From: Selaginella moellendorffii
Lineage: Eukaryota; Plantae; Lycopodiophyta
Direction of reading: 5' to 3'
Assembly: GCF_000143415.4 (NCBI RefSeq)
Contig: NW_003314346.1
Span: forward strand, 488,705-552,704
DNA: 64,000 nucleotides
Each line of letters opens with the position of its first letter. The first letter of the stretch is position 1. Shown here piece by piece: positions 1 through 10,900 of this stretch. Below the pieces are notes generated by a model, which was not told where the DNA came from, ran no database searches, and worked only from the letters and a program-made list of their open reading frames with translations. Made by a program: the position numbers and the translations under genes.

Positions 1-1
1 A

Positions 2-544
2 TTTGGAACCTGTGCTGCTGACAAGAGGTGGTAGCTCGAAGAAAATGTTGCCATTGTAGGAGGATGGAAGCTCACTCACAAGCCTATACAAAAACAAGTG
101 CACGTCGATTGAGAGGCGTGAAAACTGGAAAGCATTGCTAACGGCTTTGAATATTGCTGAAGTTGGAGCTGGAGCTGGTGAATTTGGCGCCGACACTAGC
201 ATGACATCTTCACTTGAACTAGAAGAGGACGAGAGGATAACGACTGACTCTTGCTTCACATTCACTTTCGCTGGAGCGCATTTTGGCATTTTGACTGGAG
301 ATCCAAACACTCGAATCTCCTTCGACTTGGAATTTTGTAAATCCCATTGTTGTCCACCCTCGCCCACACCAGAAAGAAGAAACTCCGAGTATGCAACTAT
401 ACCGGTGTCGTTGCGGATCACAGCCTCTAAAGAAATAGAGCCAAGACGAAGATCAAAACGCCGACATAAAAAAATTTCAGAAACAATACTCTGAGAGAAT
501 GAAAGAGGTGGGTGATCTCGAAAATGAAGAAGAAACCTCTCCAT
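2..544 (-). CDS. Partial ORF (181 codons, runs off the left edge); unknown protein, possibly the N-terminus of a transposase-associated protein
   Basis: Hand translation from ATG 544: MERFLLHFRDHPPLSFSQ...RLVSELPSSYNGNIFFELPPLVSSTGSK with no stop. It is absent from the ORF track because there is no stop codon in the window. Divergent from the ParB-MTase gene. Confidence 0.55.
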   Translation of the reverse strand, partial: MERFLLHFRDHPPLSFSQSIVSEIFLCRRFDLRLGSISLEAVIRNDTGIVAYSEFLLSGVGEGGQQWDLQNSKSKEIRVFGSPVKMPKCAPAKVNVKQESVVILSSSSSSSEDVMLVSAPNSPAPAPTSAIFKAVSNAFQFSRLSIDVHLFLYRLVSELPSSYNGNIFFELPPLVSSTGSK

Positions 545-1324
545 CCTTCTCAATAGGTTTTGGAATTCTCTCTCTTTATGCTACTTGTAAAAATCTATAG
601 TGAAACATAATTGAAATTTAAATAGAGTAATAAGAAGACAACGTACAAAATGAATTTAAATTCTATAGCAAATTTAACATGTGTAAGTGTGACAGTATTA
701 ATATTACTGTCATCTATTATGATGTCTGATGCATGTATACACATAGATCCAAGGAAAGATTTCAGCACGTGAAGTTTGATAGTTAATAATGATACCAGTA
801 ATGACATTCAGCTATAACGTGTCAAACCAAGAGATCCAATCTAACTATCAGCACGTGTGATATGTCAAGTTGTCAAATTTTGAGTGGTAGATGATAATAA
901 ATCTTGTCAAATCTTATTCTTCAATAACAGATTTGATTCGTAGTACAACTCAAGTTTTATCCATAATTGTGAACACTGCTCAATGACATTTAAAGCACGT
1001 GCCTATTGTCTAGGATCTAATACAGTACAAAATAAATTTTTGGATGAGGATTCATCCATTCATAGATGGATATAGTACAACATATTTTAACGTGCCTTAT
1101 TTATACTCTTTGAAGTTCTTGTAACGATTCCAAAATATGTACAAAATAGTGATGAGAATGCATCCTTTCTAGATAATTTGTAAAATATAATATCATATCT
1201 CTAATAACAGAAATGTTGATAGGTGCTAGTTATACCATCATTAAAATATACAAAATAAAGAAGCATAATTTACATATAATAATAATGATAAGATAAAATA
1301 AGATCAAAGATATTGTGATGGTTG

Positions 1325-1424
1325 NNNNNNNNNNNNNNNNNNNNNNNNNNNNNNNNNNNNNNNNNNNNNNNNNNNNNNNNNNNNNNNNNNNNNNNNNNNN
1401 NNNNNNNNNNNNNNNNNNNNNNNN
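1325..1424. other. Assembly gap (100 N)
   Basis: Run of n. Confidence 1.
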
Positions 1425-1427
1425 CCT

Positions 1428-1750
1428 GTGAGAGATCGAGAGATTGAGCGCGAAGGAGATTGAGGGATTGAGCGCGAAGGAGATCGAGCGATTGAGCGCG
1501 AAGGAGATCGAGCGATTGAGCGTGAAGGAGATCAAGAGATTGAGCGTGCAAGAGATCGAGAGATTGAGCGCGCGAGCGGGAGAGATTGAGCGCGCGAGCA
1601 GGAGAGATTGAGCGCGTGAGTGGGAGAGATTGAGTGCGCGAGCAGGAGAGATTGAGTGCCCGAGCGGGAGAGATTGAGTGTGCGAGCAGGAGAGATTGAG
1701 TGCGCGAGCAGGAGAGATTGAGTGCGCGAGCGGGAGAGATTGAGCGCACA
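1428..1750. repeat. Tandem minisatellite, ~21-24 bp unit (GAGAGATTGAGCGCGCGAGCA-like)
   Basis: About 13 imperfect copies visible; explains the repetitive ORFs 1230..1853 and 1270..1920. Confidence 0.9.
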
Positions 1751-1927
1751 AGAAATCTAGCACGATCAAGAAATCGAGGGAGGAAAGATGCCGCCAAGGG
1801 TGAGTTTCGATTTGATTGCTTCCACTTCCATTTTTTGAGTCCATTGCTTCCATTCCATTTCTTCCCTTTTTTTTTCTTGATTGCTTCTTTGCTGGCCGAG
1901 GTCGAGCTCGGGCGGGCCATCTCGGGC

Positions 1928-2224
1928 NNNNNNNNNNNNNNNNNNNNNNNNNNNNNNNNNNNNNNNNNNNNNNNNNNNNNNNNNNNNNNNNNNNNNNNNN
2001 NNNNNNNNNNNNNNNNNNNNNNNNNNNNNNNNNNNNNNNNNNNNNNNNNNNNNNNNNNNNNNNNNNNNNNNNNNNNNNNNNNNNNNNNNNNNNNNNNNNN
2101 NNNNNNNNNNNNNNNNNNNNNNNNNNNNNNNNNNNNNNNNNNNNNNNNNNNNNNNNNNNNNNNNNNNNNNNNNNNNNNNNNNNNNNNNNNNNNNNNNNNN
2201 NNNNNNNNNNNNNNNNNNNNNNNN
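1928..2224. other. Assembly gap (297 N)
   Basis: Run of n; may hide the first exon of the downstream gene. Confidence 1.
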
Positions 2225-2301
2225 CGAGAAGTTCAATTTGGCACTGACGACGACATCACAATCAACATGTCCATTGGCACAACAGAGACACATTTAGATA
2301 G

Positions 2302-5300
2302 AGATCACCACCTCCACCACCATCACCTCCACCATCACCACCTCCACCACCGCCATCGCCACCTCCACCACCTCCATCACCACCTCCACCACCTCCATCG
2401 CCACCGCCACCACCACCATTGCCACCACCACTACCACTATTGCCTCTGCCCCCGCCGCCACCGCCACCACCACCATTGCCACCACCACTGCCACTATTGC
2501 CTCTGCCCCCGCCACCACCGGCACCAGCACCAACGCAAATCCCTGAAGTTGGGCAATCTAGTGGTGTTCACGATAGGGAGCCTGAGGAACAGCCTGGAGC
2601 TGAAAGAGTTGCAGACCTTCCTGACAACGTGGTGGACAAGCGCTTCCAAGAGACTGTTATGCGGACAAGGGACAAAGCAGTTCACCAAACACTTGAGGCG
2701 CTCAAGTGGCCAGGCCCTTGTGACTTGATCAGAGAAATCCCCCTTTGCCGTTTGCAGCAGACGAACCTTGTCCGCACAGCATCCAAGTATGTCAACCCGG
2801 ATATATACAGCTTGTTCAAACAGAATGGCCTTGCAACAAATATCGGTATGTTTCTAGTCTCTTTTTGCAAGCCAGGAACAACGGAGATCATTACTGTCAC
2901 ACCCGAGATTGTGAATAGCTGGGATCCTATTTGGAGGAGGAAGTCCCTAGAATTTGATGACATGCTTATCAGACATCCTAAGACTCGACAGCTTGCGGGG
3001 ACAATGTTCCAAATTATTGACGGTAACCACCGATATGGAGCTTGGATGAAGTGTATCGACGATCATTTTCGCGATGATCCTGTCTACCATATCAACGTTC
3101 CAGTCGGCCATGTCTACGCGAGGGGACCTTTGGATGTCAACAGACTTATCTTGGCCTGCCAAAAGATCAATGCGTAAGTTTTATAATTTTACCTCTAACT
3201 CCACTTTAACTTATTTTGTTGTGTTTAAATGTAGGCTTGGGCAGTTCGCTGTTCAAAAACAAAATCTTGTCCATGACATCGAGCAACTTCGATTTTTGGC
3301 AGACTTGAGTGAGGATGACATCCGCCAACATTATGGTGATGATCTCGCAACACTTGTTCGGCACTCACGCACTCGAAATGACGGTACAACTTGGTTCAAC
3401 AACCCAATCAGTTTTATGCTCGCTGTGTGGTGTAAGGTATGTCTTTCCCTTTTATTTTATAAAAGCCTCTTTTAATTATTTTTGTTTTTAGCCTTTGGTG
3501 AAGGTCAAGCAGGATGCTTACGAACTTGCATATCCGGAGAAGAGTCGGGAAGAGCTCTCAGCTGAGTTTGTACAAATTGAGCACAAAATTCAGCATGCAA
3601 AGTCCTCAAAGTTGAAGAAACTAGTATGCATTGCAGACAATCGCAGGCCGAAGGAGTGGCTAGAGACTATAGCCGAAATTTCTTCTCATGAATGTAAGTT
3701 TTTTATCACACTTCATTTTTCTTAATTATGCATATGTTACTTTTGCAGTGAACAAAACTCCAGATGACATGATTTACAATATCGCAAAATCGAAGCTTCC
3801 ATATAAGCAACAGATAGAGACTCTGGAGTTCCTCAATGTCTGCTTAATGAACAGAGAGAAAGGACTGCCAGAACTATTTGAGAACATGATGAGAAGGGCT
3901 GTCTACATCACGCAAACTATAAATGAAGGTGAGAAGTTCTTGGCACCACACATTGGTGACGATCCAGATGGCACATTCATGTCTTTCAACACCTACATCA
4001 ACACGTCATTGGAAGGGATCGAAGAGGGGTGGCTGTCAGAGAAGTCTATAATCACAACAACTTATGATTGCCAACATGGTCAACCTTATTTCATACGACG
4101 TGCAGCTTATAGGTATAATATGATTTCTAAGACTGTTTTTTAATATATATTGTTTACAGGTATCTTCGATATAGAGGCATGCCATTTGAGGCACCAGTTT
4201 GCACTCGACTTGTTGCAAAGGGTGTAAGAGATGGAGGAATGTATCCAACAATGTTTGCGAGAGTTCCGAAGGCACGGAAGATAGAATGCCCTTGGGAGTT
4301 GGAACTCCTAGGGAAGGAGACCTCTACACTAGATCGCGAGGAAATTATCAATGCTAGCAACGATGGCAATGCAAGTGACGATGGAGACGAGGATGAGGAA
4401 GCTCCAGATCAAGTTCATGTTCCACCACCAGACAGTCAGGAACAGGCTCCAATTCAACCATCAAACAACCAAGATCCGGATCAGGTTTTACCAGTAAATA
4501 ACGATGATTAAGTGGTTCACAGAATATCACGTCGACCTCGAGGTAAGCAAAAGTGAATTTTACAAACTAAAGGTGGTAATACATGTTTTTTGCAGCAATG
4601 ACTGTTGGTAGTAATTTCATTCCAGCTCGACGAGATGCTCGTGAAGAGGAGTTGGAGGAACTCTCATCGACAACACGCCATATGACGGTATCATACTATT
4701 TATTACTTTTTTCATTCACTTAGCTCTTTTATAGGTCCGTCCTGTGTCCCCAATAACACAACGAGGCATTGTGGGTATCTTCATTGGCTCTTACAGTAGA
4801 TTATTGACATCTTTCACGGAAGACGACATCAACATGGATATACGCCGCCAGTTCAACCGTTGGTGCCAAAAGATACAAAGGCCCATGCTCCCAGTTGCGG
4901 ACTTCATTCTCTTCGACTTTCCAGATGGTCTTTCAGATATCGATGGGAAAGTTGAGGATTGGAACTTTCTCACACCTGACCACTTGCGCGATGCATTCCT
5001 ATTGTCCGAAGCACTTATGCTCGAAGCTGGCCATGTCGTCTTCATCCTACCGAACGACCCCAACTGGATGTATGAGCTTATGACGTGTGCAGCAGAAGTT
5101 CATTTCAAGTCATTCTCTTCCGGGTGCATTATGGATCCTATTGGCGTTGATACGAGGGGCGTCCAAGGGAAGCCTGAAAAGGTAAGTATGTATTTTATAT
5201 TTTTATCTAATTTCTAAACATTTTTATTTTCCAGGTTATGATGTGGACCTATCATGCCTTCTGCAGAAACACACATGATGGGTTTCGTGATAGTGAACGT

Positions 5301-5807
5301 GCAGCACGTGTTTTGCCTGGGTACGACAGTTCCACTAACATCATACCCAACCTTGTGGATGAGCAGATCCGCAACACGTTTCCAGGGTACCGATTCCGAA
5401 CTCCATCAGCAATGCAAGTCTTGCTTGAGCTCTATTGCCCACCAGATGGTATTGTGATTGATTGCACAGCAGGTAGTGGTTCTATGGTGGAGGCAGCACG
5501 TGACTCTGGTAGGTCGGTGTTTGCTATTGAAGAACATCATTTCTTCAAACGCCGGCTCAGAGGATTTCGTGAGTTGCCTTCAACCTCAAGGAGGTAAATT
5601 ATGTTTTATTAAAATTTCAATATATATTTCATTCTATTTTATAGATCACAGTCACCTGGAGTTTCTAGAATTGGAGGCTTTCAAAGTCTCCCTAACTATG
5701 CAGAAGCCATGGCTCAACATATGCAAGGTGAATCTTCCCCACAATACCACTATAGGAGGAAGTATAAAAGAAATCATTATGTTGATGATGAGGCAGAAGA
5801 AAGTTAA
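2302..5807 (+). CDS. Multi-exon gene: Pro-rich region + ParB/Srx-like domain + acidic linker + beta-class N6A/N4C DNA methyltransferase-like domain; 5' end unresolved; one in-frame TAA at 4509-4511
   Basis: Frame-preserving GT-AG exons: ~2302-3173, 3235-3436, 3492-3693, 3749-4112, 4160-4542, 4596-4687, 4735-5181, 5235-5593, 5645-5807. Motifs: FQIIDGNHRYGAW (IIDGNHR at 3013-3033); ADFILFDFPDG (motif IV position, DFPD 4915-4926); ALMLEAGHVVFIL (motif VI-like); RTPSAMQVLLELYCPPDGIVIDCTAGSGSMVEAARDSGRSVFAIE (motifs X-I-II). Confidence 0.75.
2308..2532 (+). repeat. (CCA/CCG/CCT)n low-complexity tract encoding poly-proline
   Basis: Directly visible; in frame with the ParB-containing exon. Confidence 0.9.
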
Positions 5808-6116
5808 TTGCATCCTTACATAAAATGGAAAGCTTGTTATATGTTAGATGTCAGTGAAAGTGTCAGATGTCAGTAAAATTGTCAGATGTCAGTGTCAGTG
5901 TCAGATACCATAATTATAGATTATCATTCTCACCTGTCACCATCACTTTGTAGCGTTTGTGTGTTGCCATCTCCTCCTTCAACATTTTGTAAACAATTGT
6001 ATGTGATATGATAGCACCTTCTAGAACAAGGTATGTTACCTACAACTAATATCATTTTATTATATTTTTTCTTTTAATAGTGACAATACTATAGTATAGT
6101 AAAGTAATTCTAGATC

Positions 6117-6662
6117 TTACATTCCACTATAGGGTGGCCTAAAAACCCCATATTTTGCACTAGCCAATGCAGTGTTTCCCAAGGGGATGTTGTTCCTCAC
6201 CATGAAGCGATAGTGGGTATGTGTCTGTAACTCATTCTTGAATCTATTGTACATCCACATGTGCACATTTTCCAGACCTGCCGTTGGGCAATTCTTACAA
6301 TGCTCAAGAAAAGTTTGTAAACCCATAGAGCCATTTGTCTTGTCCAAGAAAAAGTAGCATATTGGACACCGAATGTAATAGCGTTCTGTGCTTTCAAGTA
6401 GTCCTGCCATGTCAGGAGCAAGATCTTGCAAAAACATGTGGCATTGCTCTTGAAGCGCTAAAGGCAATCCCTCTCTAGTAGCAAGATCCGGAATTTCACA
6501 TATAGGGAGCTCTAATTCAGCTTCACTAGAGCCCTCAGTAGAAAAAGGATTGTTACGTAGAGGTGAAGGTGGAATGTTGGTAGAACTTGGGGATGGAGGT
6601 GGAGATTGATATGAAATGCTAGGGGGCCAAGTATGATTAGCAATGGGTCTCCTTTGAGCCAT
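6117..6662 (-). CDS. Intronless 181-aa protein with Pro/Ser-rich N-terminus and a putative C2HC zinc finger
   Basis: ATG at 6662 (MAQRRPIANH); CPIC-x18-H-x3-C pattern in CPICYFFLDKTNGSMGLQTFLEHCKNC; open frame within AT-rich flanks. Confidence 0.5.
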   Translation of the reverse strand: MAQRRPIANHTWPPSISYQSPPPSPSSTNIPPSPLRNNPFSTEGSSEAELELPICEIPDLATREGLPLALQEQCHMFLQDLAPDMAGLLESTERYYIRCPICYFFLDKTNGSMGLQTFLEHCKNCPTAGLENVHMWMYNRFKNELQTHTHYRFMVRNNIPLGNTALASAKYGVFRPPYSGM

Positions 6663-6750
6663 TTCAATATAAACTTCTAAGGAGCTCAAGGAGAACAAAA
6701 AACCTACAATGACTATAACTTTTCTAGATAGTTTATATACTAAGTTTTAG

Positions 6751-6891
6751 TCTTGGGAATGCGGTTTATTTATTATGACACTGACAATACTCAGATTCTT
6801 GGGAACGAGGTTTATTTATTATGACACTGACAATACTCAGATTCTTGGGAATGAGGTTTATTTATTATGACACTGACAATACTCAGATTCT
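6751..6891. repeat. Three tandem 46-bp repeats
   Basis: TCTTGGGAAyGmGGTTTATTTATTATGACACTGACAATACTCAGAT x3, followed by a partial copy. Confidence 0.9.
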
Positions 6892-7962
6892 TTAAATGTC
6901 AGTCTTGGAAATGGGGCTTCATAATCATAGCTTTCTTGTAAACATAAGAGCTTCTAGAATTTTAGATTATCGTGTATACACATGCTCTATCATTATGATG
7001 AATCCTACTTTGCTACACATATACACATGCCAAATGTCTACGGAAATAAATTGCAAGGAAATATAGACCACATTATAGTGGTAGAGCACGTTGGCACGCT
7101 ACCATTCTCTCATGTGAGATTGCCTTTTAGTCTTGGAAATGTAGATAAAGTTGATTCTTTGATGTCATATTACTTTTGAGTCTTTCGAAAGATTTTGATT
7201 TCTTTTATCATTATTTACAAACAATTCCCAAAAACTTTTAATGAGGATTCACTGCAAAATATACCTTGGTCTTATCATATGAGAGGATTGCGATATAGGC
7301 AAGCAATAGAGTTTTTAATATGAATTAATATGTAAATTACAAATGTCATGGAAAGTTTTATGGAGTAGATTTCTTGGCGCTTTCCGCTGTGCTGTTCATT
7401 TCTTCATTTCTCTTGCTCTGGACTGTTGTTTCAGAAGTAACAGGAGCATTTTTATCAATCGTGATAGTGGTCTCCACATTCCCAGATGGGTAATAAGGAC
7501 CAGGAGTGTAATATGGAGATTGTGGTAGTGAAATAAAATTAACATTCTCACATTCCTTTGCACTACAACTCTTACTCACAGATCTTGTATTTTCCTTGCT
7601 TCCCATCTTCTCAAGAACCCTAAAAACTCTTTTGAATGAAGGAATAGTATCTACAGCTGTAAAAGTATTCAAAATATTAAGTAGTCAAATCAAATATGAC
7701 AGCTGTAACAGTTGTCATAATAAAATAATATAGTTTTATAAAAGATAGGTTCTCATGAACTTTGTCTTTTTTAAACAATTCAATCTTATAGAAACTTTTA
7801 ACTTAGATATTTACGTATTTTAATATTTTAAAGTTTGCTAGAACCTTCATTTGTTCAATTTAGATCTCCTTTGTAATATTTCTTATTGACTATGTTGACT
7901 TGAGTTGACTTGTGTTGAATTGAGCTCAACTCATGAGCTCAACTCAATTTTGGACCATCCCC

Positions 7963-10900
7963 GCCGCTAGCAACCGTGATGCCATAGAGAGTCTAAAATA
8001 TGGAATTGTCCATGTTAGACTATATGGTAATTGGAAAGCTTGCAAAAAGGGAGGCCTTAGCAAACTAAGGGACAAAGTTCCTTCAAGGTTCCCAAAGATG
8101 ATTCTAGGTAGCTTAGTACCTAGAAAGGCCAAGCGTAAATGGTTCAAGGAATGCGCGAAATCAGAGTGGCGCAGTAGAAGCGTGGTCTTGAAGCTTGCCA
8201 TGAGGCAAGGCTATCAAGGTTGGGGAAGTAGTTCCCGAGTGTTCAAAGAGAGGGCTTTGAACAAAAGTCGATGATCAAGGGCTTTCACGCTTGTGCAAGA
8301 ACTATGTTACAATGGTCGGAGGACTTGCCAAAGCGAGATTGGCAAGTCAGAGGAACAAATGCCCTAGTTGAAGGTGATAACTTCAAAAAGGGTGGGCCAT
8401 GGGGCCAAGCATGGAGGAGTCCATGCATGATCACAGACTTGTCAAGTGAGAGGACTTGGCAGTGTGGAGGAACTAGGTTCCTAAGCTGTGATCTATACCG
8501 CGCTTTGAGTACAAGTTGGTGCACCAGCGTGGGGAGTCACGCCAGGCATCCTGGGTGATGCCATCCGTAGATGCATATACGGAGGTTGGGTTCGAGTCCT
8601 GACCCTCTAGTGCTTGGGTTCGAGTCCCAACTCACTAGGGCGTGGTGATGGTTTGGAATATGAGGACACTCATTTTTCGGTGGTCATGGACTCTCAGTGT
8701 GGAGACTGGTTTGGGCACACCGCCAAGCGAGGGATGCCTCGGAGTCGTGATACACGGTTAAATTGTTTAGAGTGAAAGCTCGGCATATCTAACTTGAACA
8801 CTTTGGTGCAAAAGGCACCAAGAACGTGGTGAATGAGATGGGGACACCCAGTCTCAGTTGCTATGGATCCTTGGCCGGAAGGGCTAGCTTGGGCGCACCG
8901 CCAAGTGTGGGGGATGCCCCCAGGGTCATAGTCAACAACTTAGTAAGGCCTGGAAGACCTAATTCCTATTGGTAGACCTATTAAGGGGTCAAGATGAGAT
9001 CACTAGGTGATCTTATGGCTAAACAAGGACAAGGTCTTTGTTTGGGTTAAGGAATATGATTCCTAGTTTAAAGTGTTGATTTGAACTATTGATAAAGGTG
9101 TGGCTTGGTCAAGGTGATTAAGTGGGAAAGACACCTAAGGGAAATGAACTACTACAATACAATGGTATTATGAGTTCAAGAAAATAGTCTCCAGAAACAG
9201 GCCCATGGGTGGGTCACAAGGTTGGGCTAGGAAGAGAGCCTAGAACAGTTGGGGAGACTTACTAGGGGTGAACACCCTAGTCTGGGCAAAGCAGATCCTT
9301 TGCTATGTAACCAAAAGAATACTTCCAGGAGGGAGGTAATGATCCTATGTTGCTTGGTGCAACAATCCAAGGATAGGAGCAAAAGACGAGTGCCCAAGAT
9401 AGGGCCGTGGAATCCATTGGAAAGAATCCAAGTGGCAAAGTTAGCCAAGGAACACTAATGTGTTTGATGCTAACGGATTGCGGAAAAAGAAGTGGACTTC
9501 CAAGGATGGATTCCCAAGTGCTCCAATTTGGCAAAGGAAAGGCTCCAAGTGAGGGAGCAACTAAGGAGCCAAAAGATAGGGCTGTGGACAACCCTAGCGC
9601 AAATAATGATAAATGGAACGTAATGCCAATGGTGGCATAAAAATAGAAAAGAGGATGAGGGTGCCCTCGAGTAGAGAACTTCCTAGGAGGGGAAGTGGAG
9701 TTGCACAAAAAGTGCAAGGCAAGGTGTCGGAGACACCTGGGAAATTGACTTCAAGAAGTCAAAAGTAAATGTTCCAAAGTGCAAAGGTAGATCAATGGAA
9801 TCTGTGACTACTCAAGAATGAGTAGTGGAATTGAGTTAGAGAGGGTGTCTCTAACGGGTTTAGCGAGAACTAAACCAATAAAAAGGAGCAACCCACCCCA
9901 AGTGGTCAAGTGAGTCTCTAAGTTGGAGAGACTATACTCCTTAGAGGATAGGCAAGGCATGGTGAGCCTTTGGTGTCAAACCATTGATGAATATGGAGAA
10001 GGCATGGTGAGCCTTCAATGTCAAACCATTGATAAACATTGGCTAGGTGCCAAGGATGGAAATGGTAACACATGCGGGTGTTACTTTATAAAATGGTTTA
10101 CCGTTCGATGAGGACATCGAACTTCGTCTATGGGTGGTGGAGTTGTGAGACACAAAATCCCTAGGCCCCAAAGTGGAGCTGGAAAGGGTGCCACGTGGTA
10201 GTGGCCGAAGTGAAAGCCAAACAAGTGTAACACGTTTGGACTAAAAGCTCTGACTTGGAAGGTCGAGAGCAGGAGTGGAACTCCCAACAAAGTGCTCAAG
10301 GAGCGAGCACGAAGCAAGCAATAAGCAAGGCTCCAAAAAGGGACCCAAAAAGGACCAACACATGACATGTGGAAGTGTCCGAGATGGAGTCCGAGACGGA
10401 CCCTAGTTGGAGTCCGAGATGGACCCGAAGTGGAGTCCAATATGGAGTCCGAAGTGGAGTCCGAGATGGAGTCCGAGAGGGACCCAAAGTGGAGTCCAAG
10501 GTGGACCAAGACGGAGTCCGAGATGGACCCGAGATGGAGTCCGATATGGACCCGAGATGGAGTCTGAGATGGACCCGAGATGGAGTCCGAGATGGAGTCC
10601 GAGGTGGACCAAGACGGAGTCCGAGATGGACCCGAGATGGAGCCCGAGATGGACCAAGACAGAGTCCGAGGTGGAGTCCGAGATGGAGTCCAAGATGAAC
10701 CGAGACGGAGCCCGAGATGGAGTCCGAGAAGGACCCGAGATGGAGTCCAAGGTCGAGACCGAGACCGGGACCGAGACCGGGACCGAGACCGAGACCGAGA
10801 CCGGGACCGAGACCGGGACCGAGACCGAGACCTAGACCGAGACCGGGACCGAGACCGGGACCGAGACCGAGGCCAAGGCTGAGACCGAGCCCGAGTCTGA

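Larger units (their letters stand above)
1..7962. mobile_element. Putative DNA-transposon-like element carrying the ParB-MTase gene; right boundary tentative, left end outside the window
   Basis: Cluster of non-housekeeping ORFs, internal tandem repeats, repeated GTTGAC/GAGCTCAACTC motifs at 7894-7947 ending in ...GGACCATCCCC, then an abrupt change to retroelement-like sequence. No transposase catalytic core is seen in the window. Confidence 0.4.

Noticed and set aside
135-494. Plus-strand 119-aa ORF
   Set aside because: Non-ATG start; shadow of the longer ATG-initiated minus-strand ORF
1230-1920. Repetitive SPARALNL/RAQSL ORFs
   Set aside because: Translations of the minisatellite across a gap
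1700-2728. His-rich protein ORF
   Set aside because: Alternative frame of the CCA repeat that also reads through an N gap; the Pro frame is the one continuous with the ParB exon
2302-5807. Bacterial or phage contamination as the source of the ParB-MTase
   Set aside because: Eight short AT-rich spliceosomal introns preserve the frame, and the sequence is contiguous with plant retroelements and genes
6751-6891. CRISPR-like array
   Set aside because: Head-to-tail repeats without spacers, no cas genes, eukaryotic context
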